From Chara braunii (lineage: Eukaryota > Plantae > Charophyceae), in contig BFEA01000027.1 of assembly GCA_003427395.1 (NCBI GenBank), forward strand, positions 1,925,086 to 1,989,085: a DNA stretch of 64,000 bases. The letters run 5' to 3'. The position numbers were made by a program, and so were the translations under genes. Shown here one piece after another: positions 36,553 to 50,000 of this stretch (position 1 is the first letter of the stretch; each line of letters opens with the position of its first letter). The notes under the pieces are model-generated. The model did not search any database. It saw only the letters and a list, made by a program, of their open reading frames with translations, and had not been told where the DNA came from.

Positions 36553-39500
36553 TTTTTTTTTTTTTTTTTTTTTTTTTTTCAATCGAAGGCCCTTGTGCAA
36601 GGCCTCTATCCTGGTGGTGGTAAGAGAACCACCGGGATTGAGGCTTTTCCTGGCGGGCCACTCCATCTATTGGTGGGGAGAAACACCTGCTGGAAACCGG
36701 GTCCAGCGTCCCTTAAATACATCTTTACAAAACAGTACATCTTTGAAAGTGACGCCATTGTGCTGGAAACCGGGTCCAGCGTCCCATATCCAATCTACTC
36801 TTCCATACCTAACCTGCAGCAGGGTCGGGTGTTGGGGGGGGAAACCCAGGGGGGCACCCTCCCTCCCTCCCCTAGCCTCTGCCATCCCCCTACTATCCTC
36901 ATGGCGCCTATTGTGTCTTTGCACTCTGCAATAGCATGTGTTTGAAAAAAGTTGAATCAACAGAAAAAGGCTGAAATGAGCTGCATTCAAATCAGCTGAA
37001 TCAACTGTCCTTCTAAACTTTTTTGAGAGTCTGCTCCATCTATTGGTGGGGAGCATCACCTGCTGGAAACCGGGTCCAGCGTCCCTTAAATACTATATAT
37101 ACAGTCATCTTTTGAAGTGACGTCTGAACCCACATCTGTAGCTTTGCGGATCAAAACCCTGTGTCTTGCTGCTTCCTCCAGCTAGGGAGTCCCTCCTCCG
37201 TACCACTGTTCTCCTACCATGGCTAAGGCTGGTGGTGGGAAAGGGTCAGGAAAGTCCGAAGCAGGGCGCCATGGGATGTCCTGGTGGACATTTGTCCACT
37301 CCTGAAAAAGAAGATGATAGTTCCTGCTATTTGGTCCCACAATTTCTCCCCCCCCCTCCCTTTCCCCTTCCCTTTCCCCTTCCCCCTCCCAACGAATATT
37401 TGCAATAGGGTTCCCCTGGGTCCCCCCCAGCCAGTCTTTGCTGAATTGTTGGATGTATTTCTTGATTTCTGTTTTAATATGTAAGGTTACTAGTTTTTCT
37501 TTCACTTTTTCCCATTGAAAAGTAATTTCGGCTTGCACGTGCAGTCTGATTTCCTCTTGCAAGATTGGACCGTCCAGTCTAACTTTCTCAATTTCGTAAA
37601 CGCATCGTCTTCTCCATATCGCCCAGAGCACCGCCCGCCCCCCTATTTTAAACATGTTCTCTTCAAAAATTGTAGCCTGTTCCGGGTGCCATGTTTCAAA
37701 CAGTAGTACCTTCCAATCCCACGGCCAAGGTGTCGTGGTGCCCATCTGTCTCCATACCCTGTCCCACCATCTCCATAGTCATACCGACCCCGGGCATTGT
37801 AAGAAGATGTGTTCAATTGTTTCTGGTCGGCATCTTGATGGGAAGGTCGATGAACAAAGTTTACACCATGGCAAGGCAAGCCCTCGTTGTTCCAAGGTTG
37901 TCCTATCCATCAACCAATCGTTTGTGGGTAGACAACGATGTTCAATCTTCCATTGCAGCGATGCTACTTTTGCTGGGGAGGCCTTGCTCAGTGTAAACCA
38001 TTTAACTGAACGAAGGGCCTCTTTCCCCACATTTAGGTGTCGCATCCACCTGTTCTCTAATGTATCATTTAAGTCCCTTTTGGGGCGTAGCAGTCGATAG
38101 GCTGATTTGACCGACTGTGTATGTAGTGGTTGCTGCCCTTGTTTCCCTTTGCCCATGGCTAGTGTCTAGGTCCAATTTTCCGGATCAAAGTCAAGTTGTG
38201 AGATCGGTGTGGGCGGTTTGTATGCCAGTCATCCGTCCCTTTCTTTCAAGACCCGGATTCGGAACAAAGCTGATTTTTGATACCATTGTACCTTGTCTCC
38301 TTTCATTCTTGTAAGCCTATCATCCGAGGCCTTGTGGGAAAGGTTGACCAGCACTTCTTCCCCTCCTTCTCGTGGTATGCGTGTGTTTACTATATTTCCA
38401 ACTACTCCCTCCTGGTCTTTTATGCCCACCCAGTCACTCTCCTCCAGTGTCGGTCCCTTTTTTAGGATGCGAACCCAATCTAGGGGGACTGCAAATACGA
38501 TTGTCTCCAATGTCTCCCCTACTTTGTGACAATATCTCAGCTTTTCTCTCAACTTAGGTTCGGACATCCAGTCCCCCCGCTCCTGATCCGAAATATGTCT
38601 TACTCTTAAGACTCCGTTTTGGTCCATCCTTTCCAGGGAGGGTCAGTACACCGTAGTACCCTAGTGTTAGAGTCTGTTATCCACCGGTTGCCAAAGAGGG
38701 GTTGCCTATATACTTCCTCCCAACGCCGTGGTGGTGTTTTATCCGGGGGGGGGAGTTTCCTCCATACTTTTATAAGTGATGTCCAGAAGACATCGTTTTT
38801 TAGGTCCCTCATAGCCGCTTGCCTGTCCGTGTCGGGTTCCTCCTCCCTCTCAGGTGAAGGTCTAGGAACAGACCAATATCGGTCTTCCAACCGAATCGTC
38901 GGGTCTGTGCCCAGAGGGGCCACTGGAGCTAGCCTGGTTATCTGTTGCAATGTCAGTGCTTTCCAAGGGGTCTGTGGATCGAAGAGCAGGTGTTTAACCC
39001 ACTGCAAGGCTAGGGCCATCACCTGGGTAGATGGGTCTATGATCCCCAATCTGCCCTTGATTTTTGGTTGGATCACTGTGTGCCACACCACTCTACTGAT
39101 GACATTAGGACACTCATGGTTCCCCCTCCACAGGAATGCCGCCACCTGTCGTTGGAGGATGGTCATCGCCGGTTTGTTTAGTGACCAGAGTGCTGTTTTG
39201 TACCACAATGAGGCTAGTGCTACATTATTGATTACCAGAGTCTGTCCCATCAGCGAAGTTCTGCTGTCCTTCCAACTGTTAAGCTTTTCAAGGATTGGCT
39301 GCATCAGCCATTCATCATTCGAGGGCGGTTGTCCTTCTGTCGATAGTTAGACTCCCAAGACTCTAATCGGGGCTTCCTTTGGTAACCATCGAACCCGCGG
39401 GGATTTTGGCGGCCTGGCCCCTTGGTAGTGTATCCACCAACCTTCCGTTTTATTCCCCCAGTTAACTCTCATATATGATGAGACGCAAAATCGGTCCATC

Positions 39501-40870
39501 AGACGATGGACTTCCTCCATGTTTTCGGCTGAGGCCTCCACCATGAGGGTAAGATCGTCAGCAAAGAGAGAGCAAACAGGGACAGCTTCCTCTCGGATAC
39601 AGGTTACCCTTATTCTCTTAATTTGTTTGTGGGTACGTAGGTTTGCCGCTAATGCTTCCATAATGATTACAAACAGAAATAGGGCAATTGGGCCGCCTTG
39701 GCGTACCGATCGTTTCAGACGAATGGGGGGGGCTAGTCTGCCATTTACTTGCACCCTCGTTGTAGCATTTTCATGAAGGATCTTCACCCAACGCCTGAAA
39801 CCCGGACCGAAATTGAGTTTTTGTAAACATTGATCTAAGAAAACCCAGTCTATGTGGTCATATGCCTTTTCAAAGTCCACAAAAATAATAACAACATTGT
39901 GCCTAGACTGACGGGATAGCTTAATGACCTCATTAATAAGAAGGATATTATCCTGTATCTTCCTTCCTTTAATAAAGCCGGTTTGCGCTGGGTGTATGAT
40001 GTCCGGCATTATCGGAGTCATGCGATTTGCTAATGTCTTTGCTATCATTTTGTACACCACAATCAGAAGTGTAATTGGTCGATAATTCCGAATATTCATT
40101 TTGTCACCCTTCTTGTGGAGCAGGGTCAGTATTCCCTGCTCAACGAGTTCTCCCATTTGTCCCGTTGTCCAGACCATTTGATAGTAGTCCAGTAGGTCAT
40201 GCGAGAGGGAGGGCCACATTGTCTCCCATAACTCTTTGGGTAGCCCATCTATTCCAGGAGTTTTCTCTTCCTCCATCTGCATTAATGTCGTCCATATCTC
40301 CTCCTTTGCAGACAGCATCTCCAAGGTTGCCCTTTGTTGCTCTGAAAGTTGTTTCTGAAGGGGGGACAAAAATTCATTGGTTTCTTGTATTCTTTTGTCC
40401 TAAGGGACGTGTTTGCCCTGCAATGAAAAACGTTCCTGGTAAAATTTTCTGGCTATATAGACACATTGAGGTGTGGTGGTGGCTGGTTGCCCCTGAGCTT
40501 GTGTCGGATCCATAAGGGCATCGATGGTCGTCCTCCCAGTCCTGAGTCTGGCCATTGCGAAAAAATTCACGTCCATGGTTCCTTCTGTTTTTTGTTTTTT
40601 AAGCTTACCCCGTATGCGTGTACCATTCCATCTGTGTTCCATTCGTTCGAGGAGGCACGTCTCAGTTTGTCGTATGGCGGTGGATAGGTCATTATTAATT
40701 TCTCCCTGGGTCTGCCCCTGCTGTTGATTAAGATTTTTCAACTGGTTTTGAAGTTTTATCTCTTCTCTATTCCTCTGAGCAGCTATTCTTTTAGAGTATT
40801 CACAACATTTTTTTGCCAAGAAGGCTGGGCCATTGTTAAACCATACAATGTCGTTATGAACCGTATCCTT
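36553..40870 (-). mobile_element. 5'-truncated LINE (RT-zf-RVT) with a duplicated 3' module
   Basis: T-run at 36553-36579, modules at 36659-36712, 36762-36786 and 37033-37085, RT ORF 39347-40369. Confidence 0.93.
37182..40819 (-). pseudogene. LINE ORF2 pseudogene (reverse transcriptase, zf-RVT)
   Basis: PGIDG, NYRPITLL, DFEKAYD, SVRQGGP, LFADD, WKIEHRCLPT, CKLC...EHIFLQC. Confidence 0.93.
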
Positions 40871-42255
40871 GTGAGACTAGCTGTTGTGGTGGATATGGCA
40901 TGAACGGTGAGAAACGGAGAGGCAAAGGGGTAGATGAAGAAAACGGCCTCACGATGGTTGGAGACTTATGGAACGGGCCTTCGCTGTCTACCCGCTAAGC
41001 TAGTCCCTGTGGCATGCTGCTCATGCCGATCCCTTTTCGGGAAAGGCCTTGGCTTCGTGTGGAGCTGCCTTGGCTTCGTGCGAAACACAGAGCACTCGGA
41101 GTAGGGGTAATGACTACCTCAGCCGCATGCACCACAGAAAGTTGTCCACATGCTAACGCGAAATTGCGAACATCACACAGGATAGCGGCCAACTACAAAC
41201 CCGTGCGAAAGAAAAAGGACAGACAACCCACATACGTTATCAGAGGTCTATACAATCGTCGAAATAAATAAAAAAAGAAAATAGCAAGACCTTTTCTCTG
41301 TTTTCAAGAATGCCGATGGATGCCGACGGCCAAAAGTTCATGAAATTGAGGGCATACTCACACTAGCATGTACTTCCGCAGATTTTACGTATGTGAATTT
41401 GCGTTAATGTGGCACCTGGAAGTCACACTGCTCACCCGTTTGTTGCCCAAAGCAGAAAGGACAGGGTCGCGACCTGGCCTTGAGATATGAAAATACATTG
41501 TGTGCAGTCAGACAACACAATGCACTTAATTTATTTATTTTTTTGCTTCTAGAAAGCAGTAGAGGAAAAAAAAATACGATTTTGCGAGAATCTCTGGAGG
41601 TCCCCGCAAAATATGTAAGCCCGTGGCTGTCCAGGCCGCTGACATTTACGTGCCCTTTTGTGTGAACGAGCAAAATACATGCCTCTTGTGACCCAAAAAA
41701 CTACATAAATTTTGTGATTTTGCGAAAATACGTGATAGTGTGAGGGCCTCATTCTACACGATTACAAAACCCTTACTTTGTAAGAGCTCCCTTACGACGA
41801 AAAAGTGATTAATTTTCCCTTAACCTATTTTTCATTCCACAACCACTTACAAAAACCCTACACTTAGGCGCACTTACGTTTCAGCTACGTCCGATTCCAT
41901 TGTATGCATTTCTTTTTCGGGTTTGAATGTCCGACCCATAGTTGTGGCAGACATAATTGTGTCCGTGACCTTTGGGCCCATGGGACACGAGAATCCGAAT
42001 TGCAGCGAAGCGAGGCGGGCCTCCCGAATGGGCGCGTGACGTCGTCCACCCGCGCCGAAACACGCACGCACGGTCCACCGAATTCGAATTTAAATTTCAC
42101 ACCGGCAGTGCGCTCCGTATGGACTGCTTTGTCGAGTTCTCGCCTCCGCATTAGTGGACAACACCGCACGACGCTATTTTCTACCATTGCAGCCAGCGCA
42201 GGTGACTTCGCGTGCGTAGCATGTGATGTCTCTCTCTTGCAGCAGTGTTCAACTA

Positions 42256-42584
42256 TGGATGGTGGCGGAAGTATGGAGGCGGGAGGGAGGGTGAGGAGAC
42301 TGTTAGTCCGTGAGAAAACCATGGTCGCCAGTGTTGTCCTTGCAGTCTGTCTGCATATGGAGATGGTGAACGGACTGGGGCGGGGGGGTGGGAGGGGAAA
42401 GGGGAGGGGGGGGGGCGCCATAGCCCAGGCATTGGCAAACATCATCACCTCGTCTGGTCTGTCAGACGCTCCTTTCCTGTTGTCCAATGCTATTATCGCG
42501 GGTGTTCTGCCGAGGAACACTCCTCGGTGGTGGATGAAAAGGCGGACCTGGGAGACATGGCGGGACTTGGACATTGCATTCTAG
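42256..42584 (+). pseudogene. Harbinger transposase N-terminal fragment
   Basis: GVLPRNTPRWWMKRRTWETWRDL aligns with GIFPRQTPRWWIRRRTGGTWEDL of the transposase at 58124-58492. Confidence 0.75.
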
Positions 42585-42900
42585 ACACATCCATGGTGGT
42601 GGATGGAGAAAGACGCAAATCAACTGGAAGACGGCGTCCTCCCCGCACGTCGGCCAGCAGTGCGGACATGGGACCGAGAACCCCGCCTCGTTCGTCCACT
42701 CTGGCAGGTGTGCTGTAAAACGTATGAGTCAACCCACATGCCAGATCCAGTGTATACGGGAGGGGCGCCCACGCAATGTCATCAGGCAACGGCTGATGGT
42801 GAGGGGGCAGATGCGAATACAGATTCGGATCAAACCTGTGATGCATGCTCTGCTCCACCCCACTCACCCCCCACCCGTCCCATACCCCTGTGCCCCCCTT
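42580..42900 (-). pseudogene. Harbinger Myb-protein N-terminal fragment
   Basis: RFDPNLYSHLPPHHQPLP...TLDLACGLT aligns with RYDPSMYTNLESWVTPLP...TLPLASGST at about 50630-50745. Confidence 0.65.
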
Positions 42901-44907
42901 CTGTATCCAGCGCCCATACCTGTGCTCGCCAAAGCAGCCTGTTTAAGCTTCTTCGAACCCCTTCTCCTTCGACGTCGGCTGCAATTGCCGGCCAGATGCC
43001 AGACTTGCAGAATGATCACCAATGCCAAAGCCCCAAGCAGGAAAATGAATAGAGTGGTCTTCCTCACCATGTCAGCCATGTGCTCATCCCGTAAAGTACA
43101 AGGAATGGAGCTGGCACCTTTCGAACAGGACAGAGGGCTGCAATATATGGGAACACACGTGATGACCGACGGAGGAAAGCCGCGAGGACCAATGGGCGCC
43201 GTCGACATCCCGTGCTCCAATTCGAACGTCCCGCCAACGGTCATCTCACCCGCCTCCGCACGGACCCCTGCAACGGCCGCCTTCAAACGCCAGCCAAAAC
43301 GCCCCGGTGGAGGGAATGAGGGGCAACCGCAATGGCACCACACGACCATTGGAGGTTGTCGTGGGCCTGCTGTCCCATGGTCTAGCGGACAAGACCGCCG
43401 TTGGACCAGGAACGGTAACCAAACACCTGACGTAAAAATAAAAAATAAAAACGGTTTTTTTGCAGATGTAAGGGTGCCACCCCCTACTTTCAAGTCACCT
43501 CCACAGGCGTCCTTACGGCTCGCAAGAGTCAGTCAAGTACAAAATACAGGTAGGTCCTGCGCTATCATGAAGGGTCGAAGAGAAAGCACTTGGTTGAAAC
43601 AAAGTTTGACCATGAGTGACATATAAAAGATTCTTCAATTGTCGCCTTCGGCGGAATACGAGTTGCTCCCCATTCAAATTCTCCTTTGACTATCGCGTCT
43701 CGAAGCTTCAAAAGCTTTTCAAGCGAGGTACCGTCAATAGTTGTTTGATCTGGGCCCGGAGTCACCTTTTGTGATAATTTATATGCGATTATCCAGATTC
43801 CTTATGATAAGGTCCGTTTGGCTGGGGAGTCCTTACTTTTGTAGGGCCCACCCTTACGGCCGCAAATGTGAAAACAAGTTCGACTTCTTTTTCTTCGTGA
43901 TTAGGGAGGGGTGGAACGATGAAAACCTTACATGTAAGGGTTTTGTAGTGGTGTCGAATGAGTGAGTGTGCCCTGAGACGGTGCTACAGTGTATCTCCAT
44001 TTAAAATTTTGGAAAGGCCAAAATTTTCTCAAGCATCCATTGGGCAGTCCTATTAACTTTTTCACTGCACAGTCCTATTCACTTTTTCACGTTACTTTCT
44101 GAATGGACGAGGGCCATGGATGGTGACACACATCGAAGGACAGTGCATGACACACATCGAAGGACAGTGCATGTCACCGACTGCCGACTGCCAAACGGCG
44201 CGACGACGGCCGGCCGTAGTGGGTCCTAGCCCCAGAGTCCTGCCACAAGTCGTTCAAAATGTGACGACGACTGTTTGACGACGGCCGTTTGAAACGGCCG
44301 TAGTGGGTACTAGCCCCAGAGTCATCACACACGTAGTTTTTGCAAAAATCGAATTCTACAACCCTGCACACCACAAATTTTTGTTTTTGTTTCCAGAAAG
44401 AAACAGCAGAAATAGAAATACGATTTTGCGGGGTCCTCTAGAGGTCCCCACAAATTATGTGCCCGGCGCTGTCCAAGCCGTTGACATATACCCACCCTTT
44501 TGCGTGATAACGCGAAATACGTGCGCCTTGTGACCCAAAAAATCACCTAGAATTTGGGATTTTGTGAAAATACGGGAGAGTGTGAGTATGCATTTTCATA
44601 AAATCGTAAATTGTAGGTGGATTTTTTGGGTTTCATGCAAATGGGTTGGCACGTAAATGTCAGCGGCTTGGTCACCGGCTTGGACAGCCGAGGGGTTATG
44701 TATTTTGTGGGAACCTCTGGAGGTCCCTGCAATTGCGTGTTTCTTTTAGACCTCTTTCTTGGTCAGCGGTTTGGACAGCCGAGGGGTTATGTATTTTGTG
44801 GGAAACTCTGGAGGTCCCTGCAATTGCGTGTTTCTTTTAGACCTGTTTCTTTCTGGAAACAAAAACAAAAAGAATTCAACGGTTGGTGGGCAGCTCTCGT
44901 AAGAGGG

Positions 44908-44939
<32 letters not shown>

Positions 44940-45176
44940 AGGAAAAGGGGATGGATTTTTATGCATCGTGCTGTGTGACCCCACCGCCCGTATAATCGCA
45001 TTCCTCGTGCAGGTCGAGACTGTGTCCTTTGTCCTTTCTGTTTTGTGACGTAGACGGGTGTGCTGTGTGACTGGGAGACGTCCCGTATAATCCCAAATTG
45101 CCTCCCATATAATTTGCGATTGTACGTGCTAGTGTGAGTATGCCCTTGGACGAGCACAAGGAAACCAGCAAGGACG

Positions 45177-45233
<57 letters not shown>

Positions 45234-45252
45234 CCACACCCACACCCACACC
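45177..45252 (+). repeat. (CA)n microsatellite
   Basis: Direct reading. Confidence 0.9.
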
Positions 45253-47016
45253 AGCAGAAAGCGGGAATGTGAACAAGGCAGAGTTCTCAGTCTGTGTTCT
45301 CAGTTTGTGATCTCAGTCCGTGATTTTTTTGCAGGTCATTACAAGGTTTGAAATTGAATATTGATCTCCGGAATATGCATGCATCTTAATTTTCCCGCAG
45401 GCAGATGCATCTCACCCCAACGGCCGAGCAGAGTCCCGCACAGCTTTCTCTTTCTTTGCCGTGCTTTCCACGAACACAACGCACCCTGATTACGACTGCA
45501 TCGAACCAGAAAGATGGCTTGTATACATTTGGAACCAGGGTGCATTAGATTCGTGCCCCAGGCGACTGCATCGAACNNNNNNNNNNNNNNNNNNNNNNNN
45601 NNNNNNTCGAACCAGATTCGTGTGCTACCGTCATCCCCGAACACAACACACCCTGATTACGACTGCATCGAACCAGAAAGATGGCTTGTATACATTTGGA
45701 ATCAGGGTGCGTTAGATTCGTGCCCCAGGCGATCTCCATTGTATCCAAGAAAAGAAGACGGGAGGAGTGGCCAAAAATGAAGGCTTGGAACATGAGTGAG
45801 ACTTTGCTAGAGTATGTGGTGTGTAAGGTGTCCGAGCGTCGATCGGACATCAGCGAAATTTGCACCAAAAGATTTCCATCAACAAAAAAGAAAAAGCATT
45901 TGTCCATCCTTCCCTTCGGGTTCTCGTTCCTATCACCATCTCCTCCTCCTCCTCCTCCTCCTCCTCCACCTCCGCCGCCGCCACGTGCCGTCCTCCTCCT
46001 CCGCATGTCGTCCTCCTCCTGTGGAAGAGGAGGAGGAGAAGAGGGCTAACTTATATTGATTGGTCTGTTCCTGGTGGCGGTAGATGTCGAAGACAGACAG
46101 ACAGAAATAAGGAATGATTCCGACTGATTTATGGACTTGTGCTTGGGGGGAGTGGTTGGTTACCTATCTCTGAACAGACCTATTTGCGCAAGCGCAGGGC
46201 ATTATTCGTGCCGAATCTTGCATAGATGATGATGATCGCGGATGCCTTGAAGTTCTTTAATGTGCGGTCAGAAGAGAGTCCTTTTGGGGTTGGGGGGGGA
46301 GGGGGGGGAGGGGAGGGAGGGGAGCAAAAGCGAGTAGTCCAGTTCCTTTTTTCTTTCGCGTTTTTTTTTTTTTTTTGAACCTGTGAGTGTCCGTTGCCGT
46401 GCGTGGTTATTTATAGAATGCCTTGTGATCGTTGGAGTGAAAGATGCGCAGGTTCAAAACAAAAAAAAAAGCATAGGCGTCGTTTCGGAATAACCGATAA
46501 AATTGGAATGATACAGTGAAGATTTCCCCGTGATCGATTGAGTGGAAGATAGCATGGCCGGCGTCCGCATATTAGAAAAAAAAAAAGGGAAAAAAAAAAA
46601 GGATGACATGCATAAATTGAGAAATGGTCCGGTAGGTCAGCAGTTATCCATGGTTTTCTTAAAAATTCTGGGGGTGTTCTGGATTTCTTTCGTAGTTCTC
46701 AGATTGTTCTTAGCTGAAACTCTTAGATTGTTCTTGGTCGAAACCTGTAGTTATCTTTGGTTTTCTTAAATTTCTCCTGAACTCTTGTAAAAAAAAAAAA
46801 AAAAAAAAAAGAGAAATGGTCCCCCAAAAAAAGAAAAGAAACAAAAGAGAAGATGCACATGCAAACGGCCGACGTCTTGAGTAATATCATCGTGCAAGAA
46901 GGGATTGGAGCTCGTTTCGTTGTCTGTTCGTTTGCTTGTTTTTATTCCTAAAAAGCTCCCGCGTTAGCGGCAGCCCTTCTCCCGCCGTGAAAGATGGCAA
47001 ACAAGATGGAAAAGGA

Positions 47017-47050
<34 letters not shown>

Positions 47051-47059
47051 CGTTTTTTT

Positions 47060-47096
<37 letters not shown>

Positions 47097-50000
47097 CTTC
47101 CGACAATAAGGACCTTTCTTCGTTGTCGTTGGGCTTTTTTCTTTTTTATTCACTGTCGATTCGGCTACTGTGAGGAACAAGCCCTCAAGGGGCCCTATCA
47201 GACATCACACATTGTTCTGGGCTAAGGCCCCCAGCAAGCCAAGTGCCCGCCCTAAGTGAAGGCGGGCCTGAATATTCGTCGAAGGCAAAATTTGACATTT
47301 CCATAAGTGGGTATTCAGGCTCTCGCAGCACGCCAGTTGGTTGGGAAGACGCGTGAGCCTCACATTGCGGCGTCATACAGTTGGCCCAGGGCTTGACAGT
47401 TGCGCCTGGGCACACATACACAAAGCAGGGCCAATACATTGGGAAGCAGGCTTTAGGCCTTTGCAAAAGCAGTAGTGCCAACCCACCTGCCTGGGAGCCC
47501 TGCACAGATGCAGCAAACAGCCCAAGTCCGGAGACTCAGGCCGTGCCTAACTGCAAAGGGCCCAGGCCCTCAACTGTAGTCTCGGGCCTGGGCGCAGGGT
47601 CTGGGACCCAGCCGGAAGCTACTGGAAACTTCCAGCCAGGCCACACGCAGCATCCAGGAGGCTGCCACTTCCACAAAAGGAATGAGGCAGCGCAGGCCAG
47701 GCATTCTGGCCAGTGCTGGTATTGCGGAAGTGCTGCTGCGCTCTCGCTTGATGCTGCGCTGCTGCCAAGGGCGCTGACAGGGCGTGAGAGGTGTTGTGGG
47801 GTGCTGCAGGGCAGCAGGGCGCAGGCGGCCATAGCCGGGCTGCTGGGCGCCAGGGGGTAATGCGGGATGATCTGGTGGTCTTCAGGGAAGGAGGCGCTGT
47901 GTGGGGTAATCAAGGTCTGATTGAGGGTGACGAGATACGTACCTGGTACATGAAGAGAGGTCAGCGATGGTGTTGGCAGTCATGTACATTGGTCTTCGTG
48001 AGTCGAAGTCATCCTGTTGCGGGAACCAGCTGTAGGTAGGATAGTCTGGTAGAGTAGGCTGGGCGCTGAGCGCCAGAAAGAGCAGAGCGACTTTGGATAC
48101 TGTGTTGGTGTGGCCTACGGGCTTGAACATTGGCTCATTACTTCATTGTATTGCTCTCTATATGGATGGTTTACTCGGTGCATTTGTACTCTCTGCTTGG
48201 GACACGACTACTTGGTCAGCTGTGTGATTTCCCAACTTGGTTTTATGTATATCGCTCACAGTCATATTCCTTGCACTACCATTTTCTTTTTTTGTCTTCT
48301 TGTTGTTTTTTTTTACGGCCCTTTTCTTTTCCCGGCACGAAAAGTGAAAAAATGTACCCTGAGCTGGGAAGGAGGGAACGCAGCCCGATGAAGCCCTGTG
48401 CTACCCGGCGTACTCGCTGTCCGGAGACGGCCGTGCTCTGCGTCGGCAGCGAGGGTGGGATTCAGGGTGTGGGGTGGAACGATGTTTTCCTCGATGATCT
48501 CTAGGTTCGGCCATCGCCCTCAGCTCCGACAAGGAGCTGTGTCTCCCTGTCGAATACCAGAGAGCAGGGCGATTCCAACTCCTACAACAGACATCCTACA
48601 ACAGACTCTACAAGAGTCAAGTAACAAGTGCAGTGTGAACACGACGAAGGGAGAGTGAGTCCAGTACGGGACAGCGGGCACATCCAACAGCCGCACCTCT
48701 GGAGGCAGTGGGTGGGCAGCCGGTGGTGGTGGGACTGGTGTTGGGAGTTGGGAGGAGCAGGTGAGAACTACTGTTGACTATCTCTACTGGGAGCGTGAAG
48801 ACCTGAAGCTCTACGGGCGGCGGCGCCACCAATGGGAGTGGGAGTTCCTCTGGTGGTGGTGGGAGCGACTCAGTTGGAATTAAGGGCGCTGAGTGTTAAC
48901 TAAGCCACTCTCTAGCACGAAATATTTAGAGTGCATTAACCCAGCCATATTTTTTTACTCCTTATGAGTGGCTTACTTCATGACTATCGTGCACGATAAT
49001 ATCTGGAAATACTGTCACCCTCTGTCAAGCTCCTGCTGCTATGTGCTTTGGTGTCACTGGCGGCAATCTTGATTGTATTTAGTCATTGTACTTAGTCATT
49101 AGTATTCCGTATCTGGGCATATGTTTTGTTTGGTGCACTCTTCCTTTGTTTTCTTCTATGCAAAACCTCGTGTAGTGCAGTATTTTGCTCATACTCTGCA
49201 TTGGGTCGTAAGGTTGGATTAAGGCAACCCTCCATCCCTATTCCCATATCAGAGCCCTAGTATAACATAGTAATTCCAAAATTGCGTGTAACGTTTATCT
49301 TACCGAATCTTACCTGATCTAGAGGCTATTTCAAGGAATCTTCACTGTGGGTTCTCGGCTTTAGTTTGGTTGGTAAATGTCGAAGGTTGGGGGTTGTTCG
49401 TAGAAGGCAACGGAACTATTGGAGGTGGTGGGAGACGTAATAGTTGTGGGAACGTTGCCGACCTACTAGGGCACAATTGAATAGCATTTAGCTGTCAAGA
49501 GAGCATACTTGGGTTGTGCCCATTCAGATCTAGGGTGCCTGGGAGATGGCAGTTCCTACAGAGGTCCAAGGGTGCAAGGTGGGAAACCTCGTCACGGCAA
49601 CCCAGGCTCCCCACGACTACTAGCTGCTCTGTCGGGCCAGTATTGGTGCTGTATTCCGTTGGTGGAAATTACTTGATCTGCTGTTGGGCGAATCCTTTTC
49701 TTCAACTCTCCAGATTCCTTTCTAGTTCACAATCTGTTATTTGGCTTTGTTGAGTAGGGTTTAGTTAGGGTCTCGTTACACACTCCTAAAAGTGCCTGTT
49801 TTTAGGATTGCGTCTTCGTTGCACGCAATCCTAAATCCAATTTCGAGATCGAAAATGTGAAAACGGTGTTAGGACGAGTCCTAAAGGATTTAGGATTCCC
49901 CAGGCAAAATCGTCCTAAATTTTCCAGTAGCCCCCGACCTACTGAAAAATTTAGGATTCCCGCGTTTCACAGACTCGTTGCGTCGCGCGCATGGCCCCGT

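Larger units (their letters stand above)
41744..43973. mobile_element. Internally deleted PIF/Harbinger element (second family), TGA TSD
   Basis: Imperfect TIR GGGC...CTCATTC.ACAC.A.TACAAAACCCTTAC, TGA on both sides, subterminal CCCTTAC repeats. Carries transposase and Myb N-terminal remnants. Confidence 0.75.
41350..45145. mobile_element. Composite non-autonomous Harbinger-like element bounded by TIR GGGCATACTCACACTAGCA
   Basis: GGGCATACTCACACTAGCATGTAC at 41350 and GTACGTGCTAGTGTGAGTATGCCC ending 45145. Internal direct and inverted repeats at 41560-41740, 44400-44590 and 44640-44850. The flanks TGA/TTG do not form a clean TSD. Confidence 0.6.

Noticed and set aside
45460-45765. Tandem duplication across a 30-N gap
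   Set aside because: Likely overlap of contig ends within a MITE.
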